Assembly (NCBI RefSeq): GCF_002113885.1
Contig: NW_018408898.1
Span: forward strand, 167,290-231,289
Length of the DNA stretch: 64,000 nucleotides
Direction: 5' to 3'
Source of the DNA: Mizuhopecten yessoensis
Lineage: Eukaryota
Shown here: positions 13,633 to 26,849 of the stretch, one piece after another
Numbering within the stretch: the stretch's first letter is position 1
How the letters are laid out: every line of letters begins with the position of its first letter
Position numbers and translations under genes: made by a program
The notes under the pieces: model-generated
Databases searched by the model: none
Told to the model about the DNA's origin: nothing
What the model saw: only the letters and a program-made list of their open reading frames with translations

Positions 13633-16600
13633 ACGATACAGAATCAGCAGTATCTGCATATTTTATTTCAAAAATGACCATTTCGTATTTGTTTTTATAT
13701 TTATAATACGTTTAGTCTCAAAATATATTTTTTTCATATTGATTCATTTATCTATGTATCTATTAATAATATAACCTTAGTTTCACACTTCTTAAAAAAT
13801 CAAGTTTCAAATACAACCCTTGAAAATAAAAAATAAAGTGTATAGAAAACATTCCGATCATAGTATTAAGGATTCTATACAAAAAAATAATATTAAACAA
13901 ATATATAAAAAAATGACGCCGACGCGCATCGAACCCGCGACCACACACCCCGTACGCTAACGTTCTTACCTCTGCGACATACGGGCCTGAGTTCAGAGCG
14001 TATATCAATTGATGATAGTGACGTCACGTTCGACGACCGTGACGTCATCTAAAGCTTCCCGTACGACTCTGACAAGCTCAGACATTGACGACACACTCTT
14101 CATCACCGAATCACAAGACAAGCTTATACTGTCTATCCAACTTCCTCCACCAACACCAATACAATAGCAAGCAGACATGTACAGGAAAGAACGACAAAAC
14201 ATATAAACAAGGAGCGCATTAGGAAACAACATCGCCAAAGAATGTATAGACAACGACGTGCAAGCGGCCAGTATTATTACACACTTTCCTGTAATTATAG
14301 TGTCCAAATAGAATCACCTACTTTAACTCATTTATTATACCGTTAGCTAATGTATTATTGGGAATTGTCTACGTGTTAACTATTATTTTTAGTTCAAACA
14401 AGGACGCAACACCACCTGCTACAACACCTTCAAGAGCAACGACACACTCACTTCCTACACGAAAAAAAAGGTCATCATAATCTAATACCACACTCGAAAA
14501 CATTGTAAATATGCCGTGAATTTTATATTGTAAATAACTCATGTTGTCACTATTTATTGTTCGTAAATATGATTTATGCATAAGACTATTAAGAAAAATG
14601 AAAATACATGATTAAAAAAGAGCAGAAAAAGAGGAGAAAAGAAAAGACACCCCAACGAAACAGCGGCGGTGATTCCTGGAGAGAATACCTGAAATCAGAA
14701 GCAAAATGCTGAAACAGGGGAGTTAATTCCGTCATTACCACAAAATTGATGACGTCACACGCAATACACGTACCCTATTAAAAAACAAGGGGAGATATTT
14801 CCGGCGGTAACGCGAAAATTAATGACGCCAAAGTAATACACAACCCATGATGATGCAGGGGAGAAGGGGTCGGTAGGTTTAGGTGGTTGCTAAGGCGCCA
14901 TCTTGGATCCAAAATGGCGGATTTCCTTAGTAACTATCCCCCCGTCCCCCCGAACTCATCAGGCACTAAAAGAAAGAAAAATAAATAAATTCATTAAAAC
15001 CACACAAATAGATTTCACCAGATAAAAATGGTCAAAAGATCATCTTCAATACATAAGCCAAATCAATAGCATCATCTTAGTCCCATAGTCGTTAAAAACA
15101 ATCAACCGATCATGTAAGCTCTCTTGAATGTTCTAGACAGCTAATATTTGGAACATATAACTAAATAAGTATGTGTGTAAATTAAATATTGTTTTCCTAC
15201 CCGTCGTTTATCGTTCATAGCCATGTTATGTCATGTCTTAATTTAATTAAATCGTGAATCGGTGAAGAACCTAATTTGTTATTAACGCAAGTGCATACAC
15301 GTACATTTTAGACGAGTTTCATATTGTCTATACTCTGTGTCTTATAAGTAACGACTCGGTTAAAGATTGTGTCAGGATAGGGCACCTTAGGTCAGTTTCA
15401 GGCCTACACGCCACTTAGGTTAATGGGTTTTGGTTCTGAACTGGGGCTTAGAGATGAAAATTAGAACTTCGGCTGTGTTTTGACAGAAAAGTCATGCAAA
15501 GCTAGTTAATGAAAGTTTACTTGAAAGCTTTAGGCCTTCAAGAAAGGCCTACAACAACACCGATGAACTTGCTGACAAGAGGTCGAATGGCTGGGAGCAC
15601 TCATAATTACCTATAAATATTTCAGTAATTGATTATTATCAAGTCTTACGAACACATGCTGTCCGACTGAAGGCATGGATTCCACAAATGTAGTACATAA
15701 TATTTTGAAACCTTTCTTATATTTTGATATAACAACAATTAAAAGATTGATCCTTTCCCGTCGAGAGAGTCAACGCCACTAACAGATTATATCTATCCAC
15801 ATTTCTAATTGTAAAACTCAACTGCCTCTAGCTTCTCGTTAAATACTGGTTCTGATCCACATGACAAAATTAAAAGAATCTGCATACACTCTGAATACCT
15901 TTTCACTCATTCAAAAGTGTAACCGTACTTACCTTTTGCACATATGTATAGTCGAATCCTGTCAAATCCCAGTTGAGGGTTAATGTAGTCTCTGTACCCA
16001 GTCAAAGACAATGTCCTTCCGTCTGGCAGCCGATTGGCTAAGCTCCCATCACAGTAAAGAAGTACGAAATCAGATGTTTAATGCTTTTTACGAAACCATC
16101 GGTTTAGTTCGCTTACAAGTGTTTTGCTTACTAGCGGTAATATGCATTCGTGTAGTTGTAATGTTATTGTTTTGCATTGACTTAGGTATTTACAAACAAG
16201 TTTTCTATAGCATCATCAAACCGTTTTATTGGAAAAAAACATTTTCGTCACGCATTAAGCCATTAGGGCTTATCTTTTTTATTGAAACATGAGATCATGT
16301 GATTTAAAATGTGTGACGTAGTTTGATTATACTAGTTAATGTTTTTTCTTAATTATAATTACAAGAAGAACGAAGGACTAAACTTTAGATACAATGCGAT
16401 TATGTACATTTATCTTGAGCTGACTCATTTTGTTATTTATGATCGTCTCTTTTTCGTAAATATTGCCTGTTTTCGTATTTTATACCTAATTTCACAGACT
16501 TGATTCCGGTTTTGATTCTGATTTTATATCAGTATGATCTCATGTGAAAATAATTGATTATGAAATACAAAAGAAATGAAATAGTACACAGAAATAATTT

Positions 16601-17689
16601 TGTTCGTTTCTTTTTTAAACACTGATTTAAAAAGCTTATGTGTGTTATTTAATCATTATACTTAAGCACATTTAAGCACATGCAGACATATATTTGAATC
16701 ATGTGTGCTACTTTTTGTAAATAAGGCAAATTTGTCAAATACGAATAGACTGCAAATTCTGTTTAGAAAAAAACAATAACCTGACACATGTGTAACATAG
16801 GAACCAATCCAGCCAGAGCCCAACACTGAGCCATACATTGTTGACAGACATGCCCGTCCGACTGATGCTGCGGAACCAAGTGAAGAGAGGTATTATAAAC
16901 CTTACTGACAGTGAAATTAATTCACACAATTTAAAAATTGTCTCAAGTCATAGGGTCAATTAACTGGCATAGTATCTAACATCGCCAGGTACATATGAAA
17001 GTACCATCATTGTCAGGATGGGGATCATACAATCGTTGATCAGACCTTTTTTTCGTTTCAAACACGTACGTTACTACTGTCACAGTTATTTGCCAAAACA
17101 TGTAAAAATAGCTCTTGTGTATCATTGGTGGCATTGCTTCATTTTTCCAGGACCCGTTCCGAGGACATACCTCCGGTGATTGTTGCAGACGACAACCGTC
17201 CGATCCCTTGGAAGTACGCATCAAATGCCAATATTTCCACTGATATTTTAGTAAGTGTACTTGCAATAAGGTATGTTTCACGCATTAGCACAAGCAGTAT
17301 TTACTTTGCAGTTCTTGTAATCAATCTATAATACGATATTCATAAACAAAACATATTAAACATATTACATAGTTGTTTCCATAAACTCTACTTCCCAGAA
17401 CTCCCATTTCCTTATATTTTTCACAACTAGAATTTATTTGAAAAGAAAGCCTGAATGTAACATAACCAAATTGATACCTGAGGTAATATCATTGCCTAAA
17501 TGCTATGAATTCTAATCTATATCATCCATATTCAATATAAACACTTGTATAATAATAACAACATGTATGGCTGGTATACCTTCATAAGTGATGCTACCAC
17601 AACTTATGAAATTTCAACTGGTACCATATTTATATAGCCAACGACGCCAATCTAAGACGACTACATACTAAGTTTAGACTCTGCGAGCA

Positions 17690-17960
17690 TGATCTAGAAC
17701 TGTCCCGTGTCGAATAAATAACAAGACACTTAAAGAGTCTGAAATGTTGGTAATGTTATTGAAAACGAAATCCACTTTTTCTATAAATGTCCTTTGTATG
17801 ATCAAGTTAGAGAGATGTATCTCGATAAAGTGAAATTAGATATGTCAAAAGATGAAGATCTTATTTCCATTTGGTCAGCTAATAACTCTGAGAGTATATG
17901 AAGAACTTGTCTATTCATAAAACAGTCATTAGAACTGAGGAGAGTGAGCTTGTATCCAAT
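17690..17960 (+). mobile_element. 3' remnant of a LINE (C-terminal Cys/His knuckle)
   Basis: IENEIHFFYKCPLYDQVREMYL-type C-terminal motif, degraded. Confidence 0.45.
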
Positions 17961-19099
17961 ACAATACTCTACTTATATTGTTGAACTGTTATGTACTGTT
18001 TATTTGTATATGTATTGCCATCAAATTACTAAATAAATGTAATTAGAATTGTGCTATAAACATTTTAATTGGTGATGAATATCATAACATGTTTGGACAA
18101 TGTAAAAGTATGCTTCTTTAATTTAATGTAAATAGTTTGAATAAATCGCAATATTCATTTAACTAGTCATCGTTATGTTATCGAGTCATGGTCACACGGA
18201 ACCTACATCGATCTTGCGGGAATACAGAAAAAGATTCCTATAAGGGAGGAACTTAGATTTAAATTCCGAGATGCAAACAATTGAGGGCGCGACTTCGACA
18301 CTCTTCATCAGTAGGAGAGAACTGTTGATGGGCGCCGTGGAAGAGCTTGAGATGGTGGAAAATTCCACGGAGAAGGGGCCCACGACCTCGGGGGACCAAG
18401 GAGGGAATTACTGTCTTTAGCTGTCCATGCCATTAATGAGACGTTTTTGGAGTGTAATGACGACAAAATAACACTTGTAAAGTCACCAGAGTTTCTGGCA
18501 AGGCATCGCTACTATTATGCTGGACTATTGATTGGTGAGTTATCTAGTCAAATGTTTAAGGTACAATTCACTTTCAACCACAAACCACTGCTCTGATATG
18601 GACACAAACTTTCAACTGTTCAAATTATAATATTTTTATCCGTTTTCCTTTTACCCAAAATATCTTCGTGAGCTGCTGATGGGCAGTGAGCGATATATTA
18701 AGAATCATTAAGTAATTATAAGTTATGACTTATGTAGCCATTCCTTCAAATCTAAAGGTTTGAGCGCACTTGAGGATGGATTTCCTGATTGAACTGCTTG
18801 ACAATTAGAATACTTCCGAAGCAATGAAGCAACTTCTTGCCGATTAAGAGCGTGTTGGGCTGCTGCAGGTAACCATCTTAAACATGTTTAAGTTTTGAAA
18901 TTGAAAAGAACTTCATATGTTAGAGGTGCGTCAACCTTCAGCACTGCATCACTAACGTAACATGCTTGGATCTGTATTCAAATGTTAGCGTTTTACATGT
19001 GCCAGTATAATAAGTATGTCAACACTCGATCAACGTCATTATAACAGATGATTTGTTATATTTGATGTTTTGTTAACAAACGAAGAGACTAGCGGCATA

Positions 19100-21085
19100 C
19101 TAAAAAACATGGTCTGGCCTGGTCTGGTCTGGTCTGGTCTGTTCTCATTGGTCTGGTCCCTAAATTTTGGCCTGGTCTGGTCTCATTGGTCTGGTCTCAA
19201 ATTTTGGTCTGGTCTGGTCTCATTGGTCTGATACCTAATTTTAGTCTTGTCTGGTCTCAAGATTTGAATTTCTTTTTTTTTTTGTCACTGGATATCATAT
19301 TGATCAGTGAATATCAATACATCAATATCCTGTTTAAGTTATCAATGGATTTCTGGACACTGCACATACCTGGTAACCGAAAAGTATCCAATACGTATGT
19401 CCATGCAGCCATTTTCCAAATATAAATGCCGGCACCTTTGTGAATTGGAGAGGGTAATAGCAACAGCAACAATCAGTCAGTGTTTAAACAAACCACAAAA
19501 CTAACTAATCATGATACATTTATCGTTCATACTACACAGTAAAACAACACAAAGGCAAAAACAAATGAGCGTGTCGAAGAGTCGAATCGGTCGAGCATAC
19601 AGAATCTGTCGGGGCATTACCATTGGAGAAGGAGGAGACTGGTGTGGTATCGACACAGAGTCAAACGTCACAGATAAAGAATGCAACATGGCGGTATCTG
19701 GTATGGTGAAACATTTTTATATCAAAGCTAGTCTTATTGTCTCTCATCGTCACACAATTCTGCATTGATTTTAATTGGCTCAATCATCAGAAACCTATTT
19801 CCCTCCGAACCTTTTTTTTTTTTTTTAGCTCGCCGGGATTGTAGTGCCAGCGGGCTATTGCTGCCATTTGAGTTAGTATGGTAGTTTAAAAGTTTGTAAA
19901 CACGGTTTAAGTAGAAGGTGTGCAGAGTTGAAAGTTTGCACACATATATGGTTCAATATGAAGATGTGCAAGTTAAAATTGGATGTGCTGTAATGAATTA
20001 TTACCGAAGATATTGAGCAATAATAATAAAGATTATGCCTCATGCTGTATCTATATTATATATATTTGTTTTTTCTCTGTGTTCTATATCATTTTGACGA
20101 CCGTAGCGTACTAATGCGTAATGGTTCAATTGACCATCGGTAGTCCCATTGATACCTGAAAGGGATAGATCTGAAAATGGGCTTTTGTTTTCCACTTGAG
20201 TATATGGTATTTGGGTATATGGGTTGCTAATGTATGATAGGTTATAGATCATTGATGGATTATTAAGTATTTATTGATTATCGATCGGGTATTGATTATT
20301 GATCGGGTAAAGATGATTGATCAGATATTGATTATTGACCGTTTTTGTTATTATTGATCGATCATCGATTGATTGTTTGGTGACTGATTATTGATATGTT
20401 ATTGATTGGTTATGGACCGGTTATTGACTAAAGATTGGTAATCGGTTATTGATTGGTTATTGATTATTGATCGGTTATCGATTGTTGATTGATTATTGAT
20501 CGGTTCAATAATGGAAACAGACACACGAGTACTCACAGAATCAACCGAACCTCATTTCACTATAAACCAGAGAGCATTATGGCCATATTTCAATTTTCCT
20601 AAAAAGGGTTTGTAACTTTTTATACTGTATCATTTTACTGTGAAAGGTGAAAGACAAATGTGTCAGGATTGATTAGTTTTATGGTTTGTATAAACACTGA
20701 CTGCTTGTTGCTGTAACCCACTCCTCAGCACAAAGGTGCTGGCATTTACATTCACCATAGCTAGATCTTGGGTTACGTATTTTTTAGAAAATGGCTGCAT
20801 GGACATACGGATTGGATACTTTTGCTGATAGATTTTCGGTTATGTGCAGTGTCCAGCAATCCATTGATAACTTAAACAGGATATAGAAGTATTGATATTC
20901 ACTTATCAATATGATATCCAGTGGCAAAAAAAAAAGAGAAATGTCAATTTTAAGACCAGACCAGACCAAAATTTGCGACCAGTCCAATGAGACCAGACCA
21001 GGCCAAAATTTAGGACCAGACCAAAATTGGGTACAGACCGATGAGACCAACCAAGCCAGATCAGACCAGACCAGATCATGATTTA
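19100..21085. repeat. Long imperfect inverted repeat pair (about 19100-19550 and 20630-21085) with outer (GGTCT)n arrays; foldback/MITE-like
   Basis: Opposite-strand ORFs 19186..19425(+) and 20784..21116(-) give nearly the same pseudo-peptide; ggtctggtct arrays on the left and agaccagacc arrays on the right. Confidence 0.8.
20265..20510. repeat. Degenerate ATTGATT/ATTGATCGG low-complexity tandem repeat
   Basis: Directly visible, in the spacer of the inverted repeat. Confidence 0.7.
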
Positions 21086-22017
21086 TAGTATGCAGAGATA
21101 AGCACACTCTTTTCAAAATTAAATTTCTAGCATTTACATCAGCTCTATGAGCATAGGAACATCAATACATGTTCAAGCATGTTTTGAAGTTTCACGCGTA
21201 TTAACCGTTTTATGAATAAATTAACTCATGTTTGGTCATTCCTGTGATAGATGAAGACGAGTACGGTACTAAATTATAAAATAACGCCTCTTCTGTCTAT
21301 GGATAAGCAGCAAGAGACGCTATCAATGTCAGTCAAAAGGTCTAAGGCCTGACAGTCTTTTTTAAAATTATAAAATTCATCCGACATAATAATGGGACAA
21401 TGGAGAAGAACATCAATAATTACTTGCATTGATTTGAAAGATATAAAAACAGATTCTATCTATCATTTTTCATTTCTATGGCGATTGATCCAGATCGTGA
21501 ATTGCATATGGATATGTATTTGAGACCTTCGGGACACTGCACATTTGTATCTGTGGTTAAATTGACAGCCTGTTAGACAAAACAAGCAATACCAATTAAT
21601 CCGTGGTTTCTTTTACGGGGATAGCGCAATGAGGCAGGTCATGTTCTGTCTTAATACCTAGATTTAGAAAACAGAAAGCGTTGTTATGAAAAAAAAAAAG
21701 GTAAATCTACATGAACATCTGGACTAAAGGTGGGAGAACTAAGCCAACAAAACAGCGACATGGTCATTAATTTCAATAATGTGTACATTATTACCACGCC
21801 ATTGTTCTCAGGTTCTCATTTCCCATTCTCTGTTTAGCAGTGACCTCATGTCAACATCCACAACTACACTGACCCACTAAGCACAAAGCTATAGCAGACA
21901 CATCTTTATAAAAACAAACACCAGATACAGTATGACACGGGTTGGTTTACTAATCCAACAATGTCTCATTTTTTTTTTTATCTTGTAACGATTCTCTTTC
22001 AACTACATGTAACTAGT

Positions 22018-22165
22018 TTTAACGAGAACATCAACGGGTTATAACGAGATAACTAAAGCGTTTCAACGAGATAAAATTATCGCTTTAACCAGATAACTAA
22101 CGCGTCTTAACGAGATAAAATTCTCGCTTTAACCAGATAACTAACGCGTCTTAACGAGATAAATA
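22018..22165. repeat. 22-bp-period tandem repeat (AACGAGATAA core)
   Basis: aacgagataa/aaccagataa recurs about every 22 bp. Confidence 0.8.
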
Positions 22166-23850
22166 TTCTTATATTACCTTTCAAATTGATCATAACATTT
22201 TTTTGTACATTTACAATAGACATTAAAAGTATAAACACAGATCTGTGTCCTCCTATTTAGATTTATACAATCAAAATATGTAGCCTGGTTGTGGATGTTT
22301 TGGTTGGCTTTTGTAGACCTCGCACGCTAGTGAGGATAGTGATAATATATATCATACATGTATATCCAATCTTTTTTTGTCGCACAGTCTCCATAAGCTA
22401 ATGCTGGGTGATTCCATAAATCTTTTTAGTATGCCAAATTTAAAATCAAACATAGTTTGTCACTTAAAGTTTTAGGAACTATCCGTTATTTGAATTATTA
22501 TGTACAATTTACAGCTCATCGATAAGACGGAAACTGTCAAGTTTCTTTTCATGCCATCCGCGTCCAGACGGTTGGTTGTTAACCGATTTTGACGAATGTT
22601 CCACATTAAGTTTTGTGAGGAGGATTCCAACACTGGACAAAAAGAGGAAAAATATTGGAAAAATCTCGTAGTATACGTGCGGGAAGTATATGGTAAGAGA
22701 AATCTCTGATACTTTTTCTTTTCAAATCCCTTTCTTCAGTCAGGTCAGGTTGCTTCCGTATTAGGCCAATCATATTTAGATAACCCTCGCTGATAACGCT
22801 TCCATGTATTAGTCCCATTTATGGAGCTTATGAAATATACTTCAAGTCATACTTGTTGGTCAAATGATTTCAAGTCGTTTATCAAATTCGTGTAGTCATC
22901 AATATTACTTGCCTTTTTAAAAAGTTATTGCTCATTTAAATAGCAGCACTAGTTTTATAGTACCTTACCTGATATTACGAGTAGACCTGTGTAAATGTTG
23001 TCTCCGAGAGTTAATTGGAATTAAACAAAAAAACTCAATTACACCAGTCCCTGCATTTTTTCTATGGACTGTGACCGCACTGTATATAAACAAGCCTGTT
23101 GCCAGTGTAAGCTAATACCAGATGTGGTGATTTTAAAATGTAACCCCGTGCAGTAGTCTTAACTCGAGCAGACTCCTTTGATCAGTATGTTGAGACTATG
23201 AGAATACATTAAGATATATAACGAGATTTTTATTTTGCTTGATATTCAATATACAGAAAATCTTTAGACCTACAGTTAATTACTAATGCCATTGGTCTCA
23301 CAATAATACAAAAACACGAATTTTAGAAATGTTTCAATGATTCAAGAAAACGTAATTAAAACGCCTGTGAAGCCAGGAACGTGTTATTATTTAATATGCT
23401 AGTTGAATTTGTGTAGATGTACTATACAGATGCATTCGAACTATTCTTTTGTTTTTTCTCGTTACAGCTGGCAGACGAGGAGATGTCACACTACACCTAA
23501 GACTATGAAGTTTGTGACAGGGGCTGAGGACGGACCCGTTTTAGGATTCAGTATACTGCCGTCTATCGCTTTCGGTGATGGAACTCTACCATGGCATTCA
23601 TGAATGAGTATTTTGGATATGAGTAATGTCAATGCTCATTTAATTCTTACTCGAAAATTATCTATGGATTGAATTGATGAGCGATTTTGTTGTGGATTTT
23701 CACATTCTCTGAGTATCTAGGAAGTTAAAATAATGACCAGGAAAGGATTTTTCAAATTCACGCACGTTCTTCAAATTCTTATTCATTTTGAATACCTTCA
23801 CGTAGTAATAAGGAATTATAAGATCATAATTTTCGCTTTGAGCGTCCGTC

Positions 23851-24580
23851 CGTGAATGTGTGCATGCGTTCGTTTGCGCGTCCGAATAAATCTCGTATAT
23901 CAGACTCAATAATCCCTATTCCTTTTCTGTGTTATATAAATTTTGATTTTCCGATAGAGTGGTCACTACCATAATGGGTTTACGTTTGTTTTAAATGGTC
24001 TGAATTTGACATCAAATTAGACAAGTAAGCTTCACTGCATCAGTCTGTCTAAGTAACGTGAAATCTGTCCGCAGCCTCAGCAGCCAGCGCCAGAGTATGT
24101 CAGTAGTCAATGGCCGTCACTGAAAATCATTACGTGGGAGGTTAATTAAGGCTAAAACGGGAGACACGACTGTGAAGGGCGGGAGAAATATGGGTCAACA
24201 CTCGCTCGGCACTTCCCGACTAATTGTGTTTTTTTACGAATGCCAAAATAACTGAAATGGAAAAAAAACTTAGGGACCGTGCGTGAATGTGTGCATGCGT
24301 TCGTTTGCGCGTCCGAATAAATCTCGTATATCAGACTCATTAATCCCTATTCCTTTGCTGTGTTATATAAATTTTGATTTTCCGATAGAGTGGGCACTAC
24401 CATAATGGGTTTACGTTTGTTTTAAATGGTTTGAATTTGACATCAAAGTAGACAAGTAAGCTTCACTGCATCAGTCTGTCTAAGTAACGTGAAATCTGTC
24501 CGCAGCCAGCGGCAGAGTACATGTATGTCAGTAGTCAATGGCCGCCACTGCAAATCATTACGTGGGAGGTTAATTAAGGC
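23851..24580. repeat. Direct repeat of about 300 bp (23851-24152 and 24282-24580) with a spacer of about 130 bp
   Basis: Near-identical copies from cgtgaatgtgtgcatgcg to gggaggttaattaaggc; duplicated ORF starts MSLIYEIYSDAQ. Confidence 0.9.
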
Positions 24581-25440
24581 CAAGGACGGCAAATAGCAAG
24601 TTAACACACGTGGTTAGATATGAATACGCTCATTACACGTCTTTTGAGATACATGCTGATATGAAGTTAACTTACTTTGCTAAATAGGTCTGAAAATGAC
24701 TTTTCAAACAATGGAGTGCTATTAACTACTGTACATGTAAGTCAAACACAATCCTCCTAATTCTTTTAAAACAATTTGCCCTATAGGTAAGGTTCAGTGC
24801 AGCGTTCACGTTTCCCCTTTCGCTGACCTCCATGTCATTGGAATGTTTTTTTCTAACTTTTTATGACAATTTAGTTGCAACAGGAAAGACAGAATTTTAT
24901 TTTATTAACATATCGTTGTATTTTTAAGTTTGCATTATGATACAGGACTAATCTGTGTAGATTAAAACACAAGTTGTTCTCCTTTAATAAAGGAGATCAA
25001 TTTTGGGCGTACTAAATTTTATTGGAATTTGCACAATAAATAGAGAGTAACAACATCTGAAACTTATGTATACAAACTCCGGTAAGTCAATGTCTTGATG
25101 AGTGCTTAACTTTTCGAAATGTTTCTTTTAAGTTACTTGGGTTAGCTTTTGTTAGATTTGTGTTATTGTTAGAAATGTCGTCTACTATTAAAACTCGCAC
25201 CTTAGCTTAGAGATTCATATTACATGAGCGACCTATTGTTATACATTTCCGATTACACACACTTGTTAATTTATGCGTAGTGTTTCTGGTTTTTACCGTT
25301 GTTTTTATATCCGTATGGGTTATACACACTTTATAAAGAAAACGTGTTTTACAAGTCGTTTGTATTAATGGTGGGTACATATCCATTTATATTTACATTT
25401 GCCCCCGCGCCGTCCCATTACAACAGTGTTAGAGGGCAAG

Positions 25441-25552
25441 TGTCCGAAGGGTTCTGACAATCTACCCGCGATTTCTTACTTGGTCGCGGTTGATATCGAC
25501 CGCGAAAAGATCAAAAATAAAATCTCGGATAAATAGTCAGAATCCCTCAGAC
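25441..25552. repeat. Palindrome / MITE-like hairpin
   Basis: Centre tcgcggttgatatcgaccgcga; arms ttctgacaatctacccgcgattt and aaatctcggataaatagtcagaa. Confidence 0.65.
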
Positions 25553-25689
25553 TAAGTGGTGGCTAGATCTGATTTAGAAAATCTTTTTTAATGTTAGCCA
25601 AAAATATGAAAATTGGAGTTTCACTCAGCCTATATTTGTGTCATTTTTACCGACAAATACATATGAAATTAACTCAAACAAATAGTAAT

Positions 25690-26390
25690 AATAATAAAAA
25701 TATACAATATTTATATAGCGCCCTATATAATTTGTAAAATTACTCTACGGCGCTTTACAACATATGGATAATAGTAATGGTTATAATTGTGAAAACAAAC
25801 AACAATCACTTTCATACATTTAACAAGCAATGTGCACATAATTGAACAAATAAAAGGGTGGTATTTACATGACGTCTTTGCAAAGATTCTAAAATGCAGA
25901 CGTGAAGAGGTGAGTTTTTATGTCCCTCTTGAACTTGGCCAGGGTATTTGACTTCCTAACGTAGTCGAAACCCTCCCAAAGTATATCTGTTTCCGTAGGT
26001 CACAGTACGAGATTTTGGGACACACAACAAAGATTCTGACTCCGACCGCAGTGATCTTGACGGCTGACACAGGGTAACAAGCTCCTGTAGGTACTGAGGA
26101 GCTGTTCCATTCAGTGCCTTGTATGTGTATACCAGAATTTTGTACAGCGACCTGTATCGTACAGGTAACCAGTGCAACGAATAAAGTAAAGGTGTGATGT
26201 GCTCTCTCTTTCGAGTACGAGTAACTAGCCGTGCTGCAGTGTTTTGGACCCTCTGCAGACGACTAGTTAGTTTGTCAGATATACCACAGAGCAGGGCGTT
26301 ACCATAATCCAACCGAGAGGTAACAAGTGAATGCACCAAAATCTTGCATGCATCTGCAGTTAGAAACAGCCGAATACAGCCATGTTCCTG
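25690..26390 (-). mobile_element. 5'-truncated L2-clade LINE, ORF2 C-terminus and 3' tail
   Basis: LVHSLVTSRLDYGNALL..LQRVQNTAARLV..HITPLLYSLHWLPV is the typical L2 C-terminus. The 3' end has an L2-like stem-loop (gtaaagcgcc...gggcgctatataaat) and a TAT/ATT-rich tail. Confidence 0.85.
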
Positions 26391-26562
26391 ATCTAAAACA
26401 GGAGACACACATTTGAAGGATGCATTAGCTAATCCCAATTCAATTCTATGTAAATAGATTTTCATTACTAAGAACCATACAGTTTTACACTTCTGTACTT
26501 TTCATTACAGACAAGACAAAGTATGATTTCAGCCAAAATATAAAAAAAAAACTTTTCACTTT

Positions 26563-26675
26563 CTGATCTTTCCCGTCATAAACGGGAGACACATGTACAC
26601 CTGTGAAGGATGGGAGAAAAGGTTTTCTCCCATCCTTCACAGGTGTGTCTCCCGTTTTAGCCGGGAAAGATCAGC
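26563..26675. repeat. Near-perfect palindrome of about 110 bp
   Basis: ctgatctttccc..aaacgggagacac..acacctgtgaaggatgggagaaaa GG ttttctcccatccttcacaggtgtgtctcccgtttt..gggaaagatcag. Confidence 0.9.
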
Positions 26676-26849
26676 TTGTCACCCCCTAGGGGGAGATAGC
26701 CTCGTGCCGATTAGCACGTGTTCAATTGTGACGTGATTAAAATGCGCCATCGGTAATTGTGACGTCATGAAAAGTGAATGACGATATGCATACCCCACAT
26801 GTGTTTTTGTTTACAAATATGGCAGACTACTGTCGGTGTAGCTGATTTA

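Larger units (their letters stand above)
11713..14950 (+). mobile_element. Polinton/Maverick remnant (MCP, start of protease, tandem repeat, putative subterminal region)
   Basis: The MCP is immediately followed by ATGAATACCATTCAAATAGATTCCATCTTGAAA (MNTIQIDSILK), like the N-terminus of the Polinton cysteine protease. The right boundary is a guess. Confidence 0.55.
18196..23600 (+). pseudogene. Fragmented HECT-domain E3 ubiquitin ligase (G2E3-like) pseudogene
   Basis: 18196-18535 reads GRNLDL..IEG..FISRRELLMGAVEEL / FHGEGAHDLGGPRRELL..YYYAGLLIG and ends at a g|gtgagt donor, with an in-frame TAA at 18241 and a frameshift. About 23468-23600 reads MKFVTGAEDGPVLGFSILPSIAF (HECT C-lobe). Confidence 0.6.

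Noticed and set aside
12924-13706. Cys/His-rich ORFs (STICPLFVHY repeats)
   Set aside because: Translations of the GTGGACAAATA minisatellite.
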